A DNA stretch of 62,982 nucleotides, filler included, from Reticulomyxa filosa (Eukaryota; Protista; Foraminifera): assembly GCA_000512085.1 (NCBI GenBank). It is 12 parts of 12 records of this genome, joined end to end, with 100 filler letters (N's around TTAATTAATTAA, not from the genome) between each part and the next. Parts side by side here need not be neighbours in the genome. Positions count along the whole stretch, not along the records: positions 11,667 to 42,006 come from ASPP01046428.1; 11 more parts are not named here. One strand, given 5' to 3'. The notes beneath the pieces are model-generated. The model was given only the letters and a program-made list of their open reading frames with translations. It ran no database searches and had not been told where the DNA came from. Positions 22,437-37,100 of this stretch are shown piece after piece (position 1 is the first letter of the stretch; the number at the start of each line of letters is the position of its first letter). The position numbers and the translations under genes are program-made.

Positions 22437-24491
22437 ATGTCTTCAGTTGAAGCTTTGGTGACAATTGGAGCAAGAGAAGATAAAATTAGCTTGATCTGTT
22501 CAACTCTTGAAACGTTGAAAAGACAAATAATCGAAACGAGTAAAGAGACCGAACAAGGAAAGGAATTGACAAAAATAACTGACTGTAATGGTTCTGAGAT
22601 TGAGACAGATCAACACTTTCAAAACGTCGTTCAACGCCTTCATCCACTCCATTTATATGCATATTTCCAGCCAAGTATTTCTTTATTTTCTATCGATTGC
22701 ATCAGTTAAGTTAAGTAAGCAGATAAACAGACAACATCACAAAAAAAAGAAAGGCAATCCTATCAAGTGAAATGCCCATTAGTATTATTAGCCGGAGCAA
22801 TGAAATACGAACAACGGCCATACTTAGAATGTATAAAACAAGACTTGGATTTATTCCAAAACTTATTCGAAAACAAATTTGGTTACCGATTGTTCAGCAC
22901 TTATAATTCGCAACATCCAAATACTGAATCACTGACTCTAAACGATTTGAATAATTTTATTTTGGAACGTCGTTTGGATTTGCTACGTGATTCAGATGAA
23001 CAGCCTTATGATGCGTTGATTTTCGTATGGTGTGGATATACAAAATTTAAAGGCAATACAAATGCATTGTTGATCACAAGCGATAATAAAACGAAAGATT
23101 TCCAAGATATTCAAAATGAGCTTGTTATGCACGCCGACTATTTTGCAGAAAAACCAAAGATATTTATCAATATTTCATATGGAGAGGAAGAAGAAAACGG
23201 TGTATGTAATATATGGCATAATCAAAATGTACATATATTTACAGTTGTTGCAACCATTCCTTCTATCAGGCCGTCATTCGACAATTCAGAACATAGGATT
23301 GAAAAGAAAGAAAGTATTTCTACTGAAATTTTTTGTCGAGTATTTCAAAGTAATGTCAATCAGAGTTTGCAATTCGTTATTGAACATGTGAATGAAATTG
23401 TGCAAGGCCAAACATTGTCAAAAAAGATGATCTGTTCTGATGTGTATTTGATCCCAAGATTACGTGGTAATCACGATATCAATATCACAACAGAAATTTT
23501 GGATTTCAAAAAACATTGGAATAAATATTGGAGAAAATCAAACGCAGAAGCAATGAAAATTGTTATGCAAATGATTAACAGCAATGAGCAAGGATTGATT
23601 ATTGTTGCCAATTATACCAACGCATGGCAGATGGCAATAGGCAAATCCTCTATTCGATTGGATGACAATACACTTTCACTTCGTAGATTGATACACAGCA
23701 ACAATACGAAAAAAAAACAGTTTGAAGACTATTGTTTGTATGTAATAACAAGTCGAGCGGTGATATTAAGTGACATAGAAATTGATGGAAATGTATATTC
23801 TGTCAATTGTGAAATTCAATGCAAGGGGAAAAATGTGAAGATTACAACACAATTATTTGTAACAAAGGATACACTTGTGGATCAACAAGTAATGCAGTCA
23901 ATCTCTCCAATTCGGTGGGATACTACAATACATTTTGATATTTTTGTAACAATTCAAGATCTTGAGAACAAAGCAGACCAATTTTTAGCTATGCGGTCTT
24001 TTGATGAGGCTATTGACTATTCAGAACAAGCTTTGCAACTTTCAATTCGTAAGTTGGGTATAAATCACCCTTATGTCGCAATCATATATAATACGCTTGG
24101 CGTCGTCTGCAGAAACGACAGACAACACGACAAAGCAATAGAATATTATGAAAAAGCATTAGACATCTTTGTGAGCATATTTGGAAGCACACATTTACAT
24201 ATTGGTACTACGCATTACAATTTAGGACAATCGTATTTTTATAAAGGACAATATGACAAAGCAGTCGAATGTTATGAGTATTCATTGAAAATAAGAAAAG
24301 GCATTTTTAAAATGAATGATAGATATATCGCCGATGCGTGCTGGAATTTGGGATCGACATTAAAAAAAAAAGGAGAACCAAAGAATGCAGGGAAATGTTA
24401 TGAAGAAGCATGGAAAATTTATAGTGCTATATTCGGAGAATGGAATAAAGAAACTTTACAGGCAAAAATAAATGTGAAAGAATTTGTATAA
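22437..24491 (+). CDS. Pseudo-caspase TPR protein: beta-grasp - catalytically dead caspase fold - domain X - 4 TPR; exons 22437-22674, 22723-24491 (~668 aa)
   Basis: Caspase-fold motifs PLVLLAGAMKY, DLDLFQNLF, YDALIFVWCGY (His->Tyr 23037-23039) and KPKIFINISYG (Cys->Tyr 23178-23180); 42-aa TPRs at the C-terminus; a 48-nt GT-AG intron restores frame. Confidence 0.78.
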
Positions 24492-25193
24492 AATAAGTTG
24501 CGAATACATGAAAATACCCTTTTTGTCAAAGTTTTGACGTTTTATTGAAGCAATAGCAAAATCGACTGTCCTATCCCTTTACTGCAATCTTCTTTTGGAG
24601 AATCTTTTGCCTCCATTGACACGTCGAGATATTCCTTTTTTTAAAAGACAGTTTTTAAATCTTTTATGCAATTGTGATAACGACATAAAGATAAAGAGCA
24701 CACAAAAGAAATACTTTTAAAAAAGCAAAATATATTTTTTGTTTATGGAAAGCAATCAGTGAAAAAAGTTACCTCCAGCTCTTAGCTTTTGAATAAAAAC
24801 AGATAACTTCTTTTTCTTTTTTAGCTATACACGGAAAAGAGCGTCAGAATTTCTTGACAAAGCTCAGATTTTTCTAGACTTATACCACTTTGATTTTTTA
24901 TTTTTTAATACAACTTAAACAAACCATAATTCCAATATAAAATTTATGTGTATCTAAAAAATCTTGACATGTACAATTTTTCATTGAGAAAATCAATTAT
25001 CTTCATTGATACAGTTACATTTTCTTTTTAATTTCTGCTATATATAACGGATCGCGTTAACAAAATATTAGCTGAACACAATTAAGTATTCGCTTTGAAT
25101 ATCGTGTTATTGACTGTTGAATTATTTTACGGGTACAACAAGACTTTTTTGACTGCTCTTTTACCTAAGTCAATTTGGCCTTTCGTTCTCATC

Positions 25194-28100
25194 ATGCGGA
25201 AGAAAAAGATACAACAGAAAAACTGCTATTTGTATTTTTGAAGGCTAAAACCGATATAAATGATAGACAGGTGTCAGAGATTGTGCGCTACTTGTGTCAA
25301 ACGTTAGAGCTAAACAAAACAGAAGACATGGCATTTGTAGAGCCAGAAGAATGGAAAAGTATATTAGATCAGGTAAAATTAGGTCTCATTTCAAAGAGAA
25401 AAGTATTGAATGCAGTAAACGAAATGCGAAAAAAAGAAAACAAGGCGCTACTAAATATCAAAGATATAACAGACATCAGACTGTTTCAACATGACTCTAG
25501 GTTAAAGTTATACCTAAATTTTTACGACAAGAATATCTTTTTTTTTTCTCTTTTATGTTATTGCCCTAACAACAGTAGACAAAGAAGGTGTTAGTGTATT
25601 GTTAACACAGACTCCATTTACAATTTTTTTAGGCAAAAAAAAACAGGGAGGGACAGCAACACTATAATGAATTGGGATATATGCACAAACTATTGAAAAC
25701 AGTGCGAATGTTCCACAACAACCGATGAAACCAGAAGTTGACAATACCGATTGTTCCAGTGAGCTATCTGTTACGATTGGTTCTAGAATATTGAATATGG
25801 CCAGTGAACACAGCTATATTACAAACGATGAAGATGATCCGATCGACTTGGAACAAATAGACGTTTCATACGTGGACGAGAAGAAAACAACTTTGGAAAA
25901 CATAACTCAGGCTATCCCGCGGGATCGTGACCAACAAACGAAGAGAATCAGAATGTATCTGTGTTGTTCAACACTTGAGGATGGTCATGTTCGAAGTGTC
26001 TCTTTTCCTGACATTCCCGAAGGTATGTCTTCTTTTGCTTTCAATTAAACAACAGAATGGAATATCAGTGGGACCATTCAAAAAAAAAAAAAAGAAGTTA
26101 ACAGGAGACATAAATTGAAACTCGTACATGAAAATACTCCCTGGTTATATTGGACTGACTTTAACGTCGCCTCCAATTCCAAGTTATCATTCAACATATT
26201 TGATCGAACAAAACAAACTGCAACTGAAACAGTCTCAGCGTTCTCTCACGCAATTATTGTGGAAGAACAGCCAGCAAAGTTTAGGGCCAGTGAAAAAAGT
26301 GAAAGGATATTGGAGCACTTGGTTTGTGAAATTGAAAATGAGCAATCCCTTTGTTTTGCTTTGGCTGTTTTCAATCATTTAAAAACACAACTTTATCCAT
26401 CGACACCAGAAGACATTAAACGTATACTTGCTGATAACACTCCAAGTTTGGATCAATCTAATGTGAGTTCCAAACAGGTATGCACTCTTTTTTATTTTAT
26501 TTTATTTTTTTATCTTGGCGTTTGTGATTGAGGGATTGGGATTGAATGGAATGAAAAGAGGGCAATTCGCATTACAAAACAGGTATACCAAGTATTATTT
26601 ATGAATAAGATTTGGAATGAATGGAATATGGAACAATGCTTATCTTCAAAGCAATTGTTTACCATCGTAAAAATGATTGCCAAAGATAAACCAGCAGATC
26701 AATACCATTCCTCTGTCATTCAAAGCATAGGATCCATTTTCTATTTTTTCGCGAGTATGGCTCAGAGAAATAGTAAAAATGGAGCTCCTTGCACTCCCTT
26801 TGATAAATTTCGATTGATCCCATGTATCAACTACTTGGCTCTATCAAACTGGATAATAGAACAGCAATTCTTTACACTTTTTATTGACGTTTTCCACAAA
26901 ATTGATTTCCAAAGTAGTAAAGTGCAATCCATTGATGAAAGCGATTTAATCGAAGTCTTCACATTTGATTTTAAATTGCGGATAAATGAAACATTTACTC
27001 CCACCGTTTGGATTGAAGACAATTTGAAAGACTTATTACGGTATCACAGTCATATGATACAACCCACTCTACAATTTTTGCTTGATCACAGAAATTATGA
27101 TACAACAGCAAAATTGAATCCATGGAAGCGACTGTTGCGCGATCAAAAATGCTGGTTCTTATTTCAGTCACTGTACCAAACAAACTTTGAAGAGTGGAAT
27201 ACATTCATTGCAAGTCTACGACAATGTGTAGTTAATTTTGCGGAAATCTCCGACATGCTATTGCAAGGCTTTCAATCCCAACAGTTTCAATCATTGATTA
27301 CAAAATCACCGACCATCATTCACAACTTCTTAGAATTCATACGGGGGCAGACATCCATGTGAGTGTATTTTTTTTTTTCCTCTTTGTTTTCGGAAAAAAC
27401 AAACAAATTGTTGATTCGATCATAATAAACAGATGGACAGATGGAAATAGTATTGCAAAGACAATTGGGTCCTTTCATAAGAAAATTGAAAGTCAAAGAT
27501 TGGCTGCAATAGTGAAATGGATATGGACTGTTTCGTAACTTACTTAAACATAAACATATATATACATGTATATATATGTTTATGTTTAACTTAATTCAAC
27601 AACAAATAGAAAAAGGGTGCAAATACAAGTGCAAGTGGTGAAAGCGAAACGCTTACTGTCAGTATCTTAGACCAACTCTCAAAAAATGAAACAAATCGCA
27701 GACATTGGGTTGACTTATTAGCAGATCCTAATGTCGATTCTGCAAATCCTGTTTTGCAGAAATTACTCAGGGAGTCCTTCAGAAACTGGTTAAACACAAA
27801 AGAGGAGGCACCATTTCACTCCAAAGTCATTGAATTACTATCTTTGTCCACATTTCAAAATTTCGATTCTCGTCGTAAGGATTTCATAGAGGTTTTGAAT
27901 AATCGACATCACGAGCTGCAGTTGAACAGTGGCAAATGGACACGTGACCAAATCAGGATAATCCACGATTGCGAAGATAAATGAGTCAGATTTGTGGAAG
28001 AAAGTGATTGATAGAATGAAAAACATTCCAAAGATAGAAGCGTTGAATGAAGAAAATATGGGGTCGGTAAGTGAAAAACTTTGTCAAAATTTAGGCTATT

Positions 28101-31100
28101 GTTTTAAATGCTGGCTATGGTTCGAACAAGATAATCCAATGCGAGTGCCATTGTTTACCTTTTTCAAAAATGTGTTGACCAGTTTAATTACAAACGAACA
28201 ATTGCTTTCCATTCACGCTTGCGACTATTTGACGGAACATTTGGGGGACATCCAAAGACTTGATTCTTTCTCTCATCCAACAAATTTGGCACAATTGATA
28301 GAGAGACTGGAGAATACGCTGGAAGAGTATAAACAATTTTTTGATTTGATTGACATATTCAAACAAATAAATTTCTGTTTGGACATGACTTGCCCGGTCG
28401 GTTGGAAGAGCTGAACAAAAAAAATGAGCATTGGAAAATGCAAGGATTTTTTAAAGTCAAACTTAGCTATGCGCAAGAACTCCAACTATTGAGAGAACAT
28501 GAACAATCAATGAAGATCGTACTTGATCGGAACAAAAGTTCGATTTTCCACAAAATTTGGAGAATATACCACAAAAAGTACGAATCAGCTGCACTTCAAA
28601 CATCTTTGTTAATTTTCGACAAAGTGTTTCGAGATGCAAATCAAAAGTGGGAAAATTTCAAACTGGTTTGTTTTATTCTTTTATTTTAAAAAAGGATTGT
28701 AGCTGCAAGATAATGTATACGTACTGCTTTACACAAATAAAATTGCACAGGATCTTCAAAATGGGACGATCAGGTACGAAGATTTGGAATTGATGCTCAC
28801 TAGGGGTCAAATTGAGACAAATGAGATGATAAAGTGCTTAGAGAATGAAATACAGTATTTATTTCCTGACCTTGATGATGAAAAGCGACGATCTGTCGTA
28901 CGTGACGTGGGAGGCAAGATTAAAAAAAAGATGGATTTAAAAGAGCAGCTCCAATCTTGGAGGGTGTTGAAGGAGGTTACGGAGCGAGTCAAGGAGTATC
29001 ATCCTGGCAAAGACAAAATAAAAGAAGATGACAGATGGAAAGAATATGTTGAAGCATTGGCACAAATGGAAATAATAACAAATGGCAAGAAAGATATTTC
29101 CATTAACGAAGCATCGCGATACTACGATGCATGTTTCAATTGTGTGGGCGAAGGTGCCAAAGCCTGTATGGAAGCTGGCCTTTTTGCGGTATTGAATCAT
29201 TGCGAAAATGAAATAAAAATATTGGCAAGTAATGCAAACTTTACAAATAAAGAGAAATTTGAAGAGACATTGCGTGCATTGGGAGAAAGTAGTCACCGAG
29301 GTCTTGAGAATTTGGCACATTGTTTGGAGCGTGTGAATCAAGTCATGCAATCCAAGTTGTGGCAATATCAATTGGAAAATATGACCAATTTGTCCAGGGC
29401 TATATTATCATTATATTCCAACAGCCAAGAATTTGTGGATATGCTAAAAAAATGTTGTGACGTAAACTTGGTTCGAATCCCTTCATTGGTCAATGAAGAT
29501 GACAAAGTTCGAACAGAAAAAAGTTTGGAGCAATTGAAAGAGGCAATGGTGTATGGACAATGGAAATTTGGAGTGTGTGAAGATATTCTGCAAGGAGATA
29601 AAAATAACGAGTTGATTTTAAAAATCACTGCTAATACGATTTGGCATTATAACGAAATTGGAGAAAATATTGTCGTGTATTACTTGGGGTGGACAAAAAA
29701 GAATTGAAAAAAATTGAACTTATGATTAAGCATTTTGAAGAATGCAAAGAAATAAGTACAATTCGGGTTGAGTTTTGGAAACAAGGAGGACGCAGCAATG
29801 ACAATAATGATAAAATGAGATACTGAGATTCACAGACGAGTGACTTTACAAATGTAAAGAACTTTGGAAACAACGCTTAATGAAATGGAAACAATACTCT
29901 CTTCGATTAAGAGAAATGTTCCCGGCACTCAATTTTTTTTGTTCAATGAAATCCACTCTTTAATTCAGCAAATCGAAACTTTGCTCTTACCTAGTTGTCT
30001 TGATCGTTCCGTCCAAGCACGGAAATCTATTAAACCATTTCTTCAAAAAGTCAATTGTCAAATCACTGATCAAGATGTCGATAAGATATTGCAAGACTGG
30101 GGAGATCTTGATATGGTCGTGTTGATATATCATCATACCTATGACACTGACGATGATGAGAGTTTCAAAAAGTCTGGAGACTCTATTGCAAAATTTGGAC
30201 TGATTCTTCATTCATTATGGACTTGCTCTTTACACAATCGTATTACCAAAACATATCCAACTGGATTAAACGCTGGCAAACCGAGTTTAATCCTTCATCC
30301 GAATAATTCACTGTTATTTGAAGTCCTTGGTTTATTTGAATCGCAACAGTGTATTCCACGAGCGGAACACATTTTGATTTGTAATGAAAACACAACGGAA
30401 GAGGATGTCACTTGTTTGATCTTTCGAGCCATCGCCAATAGCAAACAAATGCAAACAGATATGTATCGTGACTCTGTGAAACCGTTTTATTGCTTGGCAT
30501 ATCCAGAAAATTTGACGTCGTCAATATTGGATCAAGTTTGTCAAGTTGTACATGATCTTTTATTGAATGACGTTCAATTGGAAAAACTAAAGCATTGCTT
30601 TTATCTATTTGTAGTCATATCCAGAGAAGCTAATAACGATTTGTGCAAGCTTTTGGAGCCATTCTGTGTTCCATTTCCAAATATAGCATCTCAAAGTCTT
30701 TCAAATAAAATACTGTCGCAACTTTATCGTCATTCGTCGACGAATACTCAATCCCGTAACATTGATATAGAGCCACCGTGGATACAGTTGTATACGTCGG
30801 AGCGGGTTGGAATGGGCAAAAGCCGATTTATTCAAAGAGATATTGAAAAGATTCGAAAGATACATCAAAAAAGCGACAAGATAGTGAAAGATGTTTGTGT
30901 TGCATTTAATGGCAAAGACATCGATTGGGAACAAACAATGAATAGTCTTTGGAGTTATTATCCTTGTCCTGCCGATTCATTGGTCATTTATCATTTAAAT
31001 ATTTCATCTTGTGTTTCCACGCAAATTAATGACTTTTTATTCCAATTGTTATTTTTGCAACACATTGACTCCAATTCTCAAATGCCTCAATGTTTTCATG

Positions 31101-34100
31101 TCAATTCCAATATGATCTTTTTAATTGAAATTCCCTCCACTTTGGATGAGCTCAGTCTCAATCCATTTCAAAGCTTTTTTTATTCGCTCTTTTCCGCTGC
31201 TCAATTCCCGACTGTCCAAGTGTCCAAACAAAACAATCCATTCGAATTTGAAAAGGAAGCACAAGACACTATCAAATGGATGTGGCAATATTTTAATGGA
31301 GATTTGAAGTTTCTTTCACCTTTTTTTTTATTTATTTTCTTTTTAAAAAGATATGCGTACGTAGTGCAATAGTACATTTTTTCAAAAAAAAAGAACAACA
31401 GATAATCCATTTGACGCATGTATACCTGATCTTGACGGCATACAATTAATGGAAAAACACTTTGCTGAAATAGGTAGAGCAAATTTAGCGCATCAGCGTT
31501 CATTTTTCAAATATTTGTATCAGCAGTTTGCACCTCTGGTGCAATCTCCATTGAAGGAAAAAGCTATTCAATCGAGACACGTTATCACGAAATCTGTTAT
31601 CGATATGGCCAAGACCTTATACTGTTGCTCACATGATTATGTTCAACCCAACCCGACAGAAAAGAGCGAAAGAATTGAAAGCACTGGCGATGAAGAGTTT
31701 CATTTGTGTAAAAAATGGCGTAACACCCGAGGTTTTTTCTTGGTCAATCAAGACAAAGGTTCGAACAATATATACATATATGTATATAACTTATTTATAT
31801 TTGTCATTTCTAAAAATAAAACAAAAAAATATGAATGTATTTGTCACAGAGAATATTTCGGTATTAGTTAATGACTCTAGCTTACAATTCAATATTTTGA
31901 AAAACTTGAATTGGCAACAAGACTTGAAACAAATAGAAACAACTTTTCTAGTTTCGACATTTTTATTTCCTTTTGCAACTTCACATTGCAAAGTGTTTGA
32001 TACTTGCAATAAAAACAAAAAAAAAATGAAGGTGAAAGAATCGGGAACACAAGGATTGGAGACAGAGGGATTGCTATTTCAAACAGAAAAAGAAAGGAAG
32101 TTGAGAGTGTTATTGCACATTTTGGGGACTCCAAAGCAAGGGATAATGAACAACTACAAAGAAAAAAAAAAAGAAGAAGAACAAGAAGAAGAAGAAGAAG
32201 AAAAAAAAGATGTTCCAACAAATGCAGAGATAAAAAATCTGCATGATCAAATTGTGAACAAGTTATGCAAAGATGAAGAATGGTCCAATTATGTGTTGAC
32301 ATTTGACAATCTCCTGAAAATGGTTGCCATTTTCATGAAAATTCGGACCAATACTCCTGTCATTTTGATGGGCGAAACGGGATGTGGCAAGACATCTTTG
32401 ATCAAATTTTTGGGACACACTGCCAATGTGAAACTGATTGCAGTGGATGTCCATGGAGGATTTGGAAGGGATGAACTCCGTCGAGTGATGGAAGAGTGCA
32501 ACACAATATCCAGAGACAACAAAACAGAGATATGGGTATTTGTAGATGAAGTGAATACATCTCCAGATATCGGATGGTTCAAGGAGTTGATTTGCGATCA
32601 TAGTTTGGATGGAGTGAAGATTAGCGACCAAATAAAGATTATTGCGGCATGTAATCCTTATCGACCACGAAAAATAAAGGATACTGAAAATAAAAATATA
32701 AGTGTAAATGATCCGAACAAATGGGTGTATCATGTATTTCCATTGTGTGAAACCATGAAAGAGTATGTTTGGCTCTTTGGTCAGTTGTCCGAGTTGGATG
32801 AAAAGCAATACATCCGATCAATGGTCAAACAATTGAAGGAAAAATTTGACAAACAAAATGTTGTTTACAAAGAAATTGAAAAATGCGAACCAAAGATTGC
32901 AGATGATATTATGAAGTCACATCACTTCTTACGTAAGCACTTGGCCAATGAATCTATTGTGTCATTGCGTGATGTGAGCAGATGTCTCAAGTTTTTCCAT
33001 TGGTTAATGCAACACTCCCAGACAAATGAAATATCATCATGGATAGAAAGGGCATTAAACATTTCATTGGGTTTATGCTATTACTTTCGATTGGATGAAA
33101 GTAGAAAAGAAAAATATGACAAATGTATATCCGGAAGAAATAGACATCAATTTTCAAAAATGTTGAACAAAGAAATAGACAATTTGTCCGAATCCTTTGA
33201 AGTCCAAAGCCAAGTAGTAATGCATCACATTTTGAAAAAAAATCTGTTTGTTTATTTTTCTGTCTTGCCACTGCTACTCCTATAATACTGGTTGGCAAGC
33301 CTGGCACTTCCAAAACCTTATCTTTGAGAATCATGCTTAATTCCTTATCTCATCGCAATATCAAAAAGTTTCACGCAGAATTGAAAAAGCATCAATTTCA
33401 TTTCAATATGAAATCGTTGCATTGCATCTCATTCCAAGGCACAAGAAATTGCAAACCAAATGCGATCAAAGAAATATGGGATCAAACTGAAAGATATTCC
33501 AATGGCCAAAAAAAAAAAGAGCCCAAAGATCAAACAATTACCACATTCTTATTATTTGATGAAATTGGCTTGGCAGAACAATCGCCCTATAATCCCTTGA
33601 AAAAATTGCATCAATTGTTGGAGGATCCCAAAATCCCATTCGTTGGTATTTCCAATTGGAATTTGGACGCCGCAAAGATGAATCGAATGGTCATGCATTT
33701 CATTCCTTCCCTGGGCCACAGTGAGTTGATGGAAACTGCACAATCCATTGTCCCTAAGAGTATTTTTGAGGAGCAAGATATTACACATATAATAAAAATA
33801 TATGAAAAGATTGTTAACAGTGAAACAGATGCATTTAGTCCTAATGGGAACAAGCATTTTTTTGGGGCACGTGATTTTTATGCGCTGGTCAAGCATCAAG
33901 CTACTCTCGCCGAAAAATTACAAAAAAAATCATTGCAAGGATATCTTCGCAACTTTGGTGGGCTTGATCCAAGTAATTCCAGAGAACAATTATGCATGAT
34001 TTTAGAAAAAGAATTGGGCCAAACAGAAAGCGAAATTTCTCAAGAATTCCAAGCATTGACCCCTGTCATATGTGTACAAAGAAATTTAATGGAGAAGAAA

Positions 34101-37100
34101 TTCACACAAGCATCAAATGATCTGATGGTCACTAGGCATTGCATGATTATAAGCGAAAAGCATTATTCTTGGCAACTGCTTTTGGAATACAATATTTTGA
34201 ATTACGATCACGTGTTTTTATTTGGAAGTTATTTCGAAAACGACACCTGTTCGAACATTAGCAACTACAATCAATTAAATAACATTATTGATCACATGGA
34301 CACTGGGAAAACTGTTATTTTAAGCAATTTGGAAGACATTTACGAAAGTTTATACGAAATGTTGAATCAGAGATACGAAAAAAAATCTTCAGGTGTTGTG
34401 TCAACTTTTTTTTAGTGTCAAAATCATTTTAAAATAAATAATCATTTTTAAAAAATAAAATAAAATAATAAAAAGAAAACGTGTATTGCCGAGTGGCACT
34501 AGGAAATGAAAGCAGAGATTGCCATGTTCATAAAAATTTCAAATGTGTTGTCATTGTTCAGAAAAAGGAAGCCCACGGTCGAGATATGCCAGTTGACTTG
34601 TTTTTTTAAAAAAAAATTTTTTGTCAAAAAATACTTTACTTTTACAAACACAAAAACCAATGAAAAGATTGCATTTCTCAGTCGTTTTGAGAAACAATTC
34701 ATTTCTTATCGTGATTCATTACCAAAACATCTCGAAGAACATGTTCATGATGCAATAAATATTTTATTGGAATATTTTGCAAAGAAACGTCCAACTGAAG
34801 TATTTTGTGGATATGGTGATGATACTATGTCTTCAGCATTACTGTATTTGGGTATACGAAAAGCAATGAAAACAAAAGAAAGCAAGGACGATGAAAAAAA
34901 GGAACAAATTCAAACAACAAATATAACATTGGATGCCGTTAAATTTGACGACAAGGAATTGAGACCACAGTTATTAGATTTGTTTCTCCCATTGTGTCGA
35001 CCAGAAGAAGCTGTCAAAATGAAGATTGATGAAGATATAAAATTTTATTCATTGGTAAGTTTACACGTTTTTTAAAAATATTTCTCATCACGATCCCTTT
35101 TGTTGATACAAACAAAAAAAAAAAAGGGAGAGTCTGTGGAAAATCAGCAGAAGAAATCCAACAATCAAATGCTAATGGTAATTACGAGTGATATAGAGTG
35201 CAATGTTCCAATAGAGTGGCTTCATCGTACAAAAAAAATTGTGTCATTCAAAAAAATGAGCGAATTTAAACAAGCAATCAAAGAATTTTTCAATAGCCAA
35301 ATATCGAATGATGTGCTCATCTTTCAATATTGTTATACGTCTACCACCACGAATCAATTGGAACAAGTAATACATATTCTCCAGGTCAAACACCATCTGT
35401 TTTATAGTGACCCAAATAACAGTGAAAAAAAGAAATTGATCGTTTTGCTTATTCACGTTGATAGAGAATTATCATTTCCTTTAATATTTCGACAGTTAAA
35501 AAAAGAGTCACTTTGAAAATTGGAGTCTGTGGTTTATTGTATCTTTTTGTTTGTTCGGAAAAAAAAAAAAGGAAGTGGAAGATTGTTTACGTGGACTATT
35601 TATTGCTAACAAATTCTATGTCATTGCAAGAAGACTTGAAAAAACCATTGACGGATGTAATTGATAGACAAGCCAAACAAGCTAATCTTTCAATTCAAAT
35701 TTGTTTATTTTTGTTTGTTTAGGACTAATCAATGATATGTACGATAAAAACAGAAAAATTTGGTTGTTACATATAGAACTTTTCCAAATGTGCTCATCGG
35801 GCATTTGGAAGATTGCACTTTCCAAACTCTTTCAACACTCTGAAAGAAAAAAAGTTATTGAAGCTGCTGTTCAATGACGAAGAGTTTGAAGAATGTAGAA
35901 ACATACTTGTAGAGAGATCGAAGGGACTCTTGCACAAAGTTACAGAAACACGGTTCATGCATGAAATTTTGCAGGAAGTGGGGAATGGTGAAAAAAAAAT
36001 GGAGGGATCTTTTTTTGAAAAGCGTCAAAACAATATTGACACTTTGTTAGTTTTGATTTTCGTCAATGTGCTTTTTGTCATTTATCAAAACGGTGGTTTT
36101 GCAGTTTTGTAAAACTTTATATGTGTATATATTATTTATTATATGTGCATATAACATAAAATATTTATTGAAACAAAAAAATTAAAAGAAATATGTTGAA
36201 AGCAAGCAAAAAGAAAAGAAAGATGGATTTCAGTGGTACGCAAGATTGTTTGAAAAAGCATTAAAAAATCGAAAATTGATCGAAATAAAGCCGCCAAGTA
36301 TTAATACCAGCCGTTTGCTTTTAGATGCAATTCACCCTCAATTATATGTTCTTCAAAACAATTTTGAAAATTTTTTCCCTTTCAGTCATTGCATTCACAA
36401 GTGGTGTCAACTTCAGCTTTGCACCCATTTTGACACGCTACAAACTAACTTGGATTCATTGGTGAAAGTCTTGAGACAAAACTTAATTGACGATGAGTAT
36501 TCTGCGAAAGCCATGCGCGAATATGTAATGGATTTGGTTCGAAACTGCTTTTTGGAGCATAAACATACTTCAGAGCAACAAAGTATTCTACGAGATGTCA
36601 TTGTGTCTATGACGCTGTTATTGTGTAATGAATTGTCTATTGCAACCATTGAAGCGATTTTACATACGTTCCATTCCATCATTTCCCATTACTCATATCT
36701 GATCTTTGCTGCTTCCATGCCTTTAAATAGCCCTTTTGATGTAAATGGACAAGTGATGTGTGAAGATCGTCCTGGACAATGGTTGGCGAATATGACTCTA
36801 TCTCTTTGGGACTCCATTCTATTGACAACCGATTTTGCCACAAATGTGAGTCCATCAGTTTTTCCCGAGTCAATTTCAATTGTGTTGAATTTCATGTACA
36901 AATATTTGCTAGCTACAAATGTCGATTCGATGAATAGAGTATTGGCAAGAGCTCGGGCAATTGAAATAAAGCGTCTTGGAGTAATGTATTTGAAGACAGA
37001 CAAATTTTTCAATGAAGAAAAGCTTTTGATTAGACAAGGTTTTTTGGGGATGAAACAATCGTCACTAGTATTTTGAAAAGCTATTCCGCACATCGAAATA

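Noticed and set aside
7843-24491. Physical linkage of the active caspase gene with the pseudo-caspase/RNF213-like locus
   Set aside because: They are separated by the spacer at 11567-11666 and lie on different contigs; only homology, not linkage, is supported.
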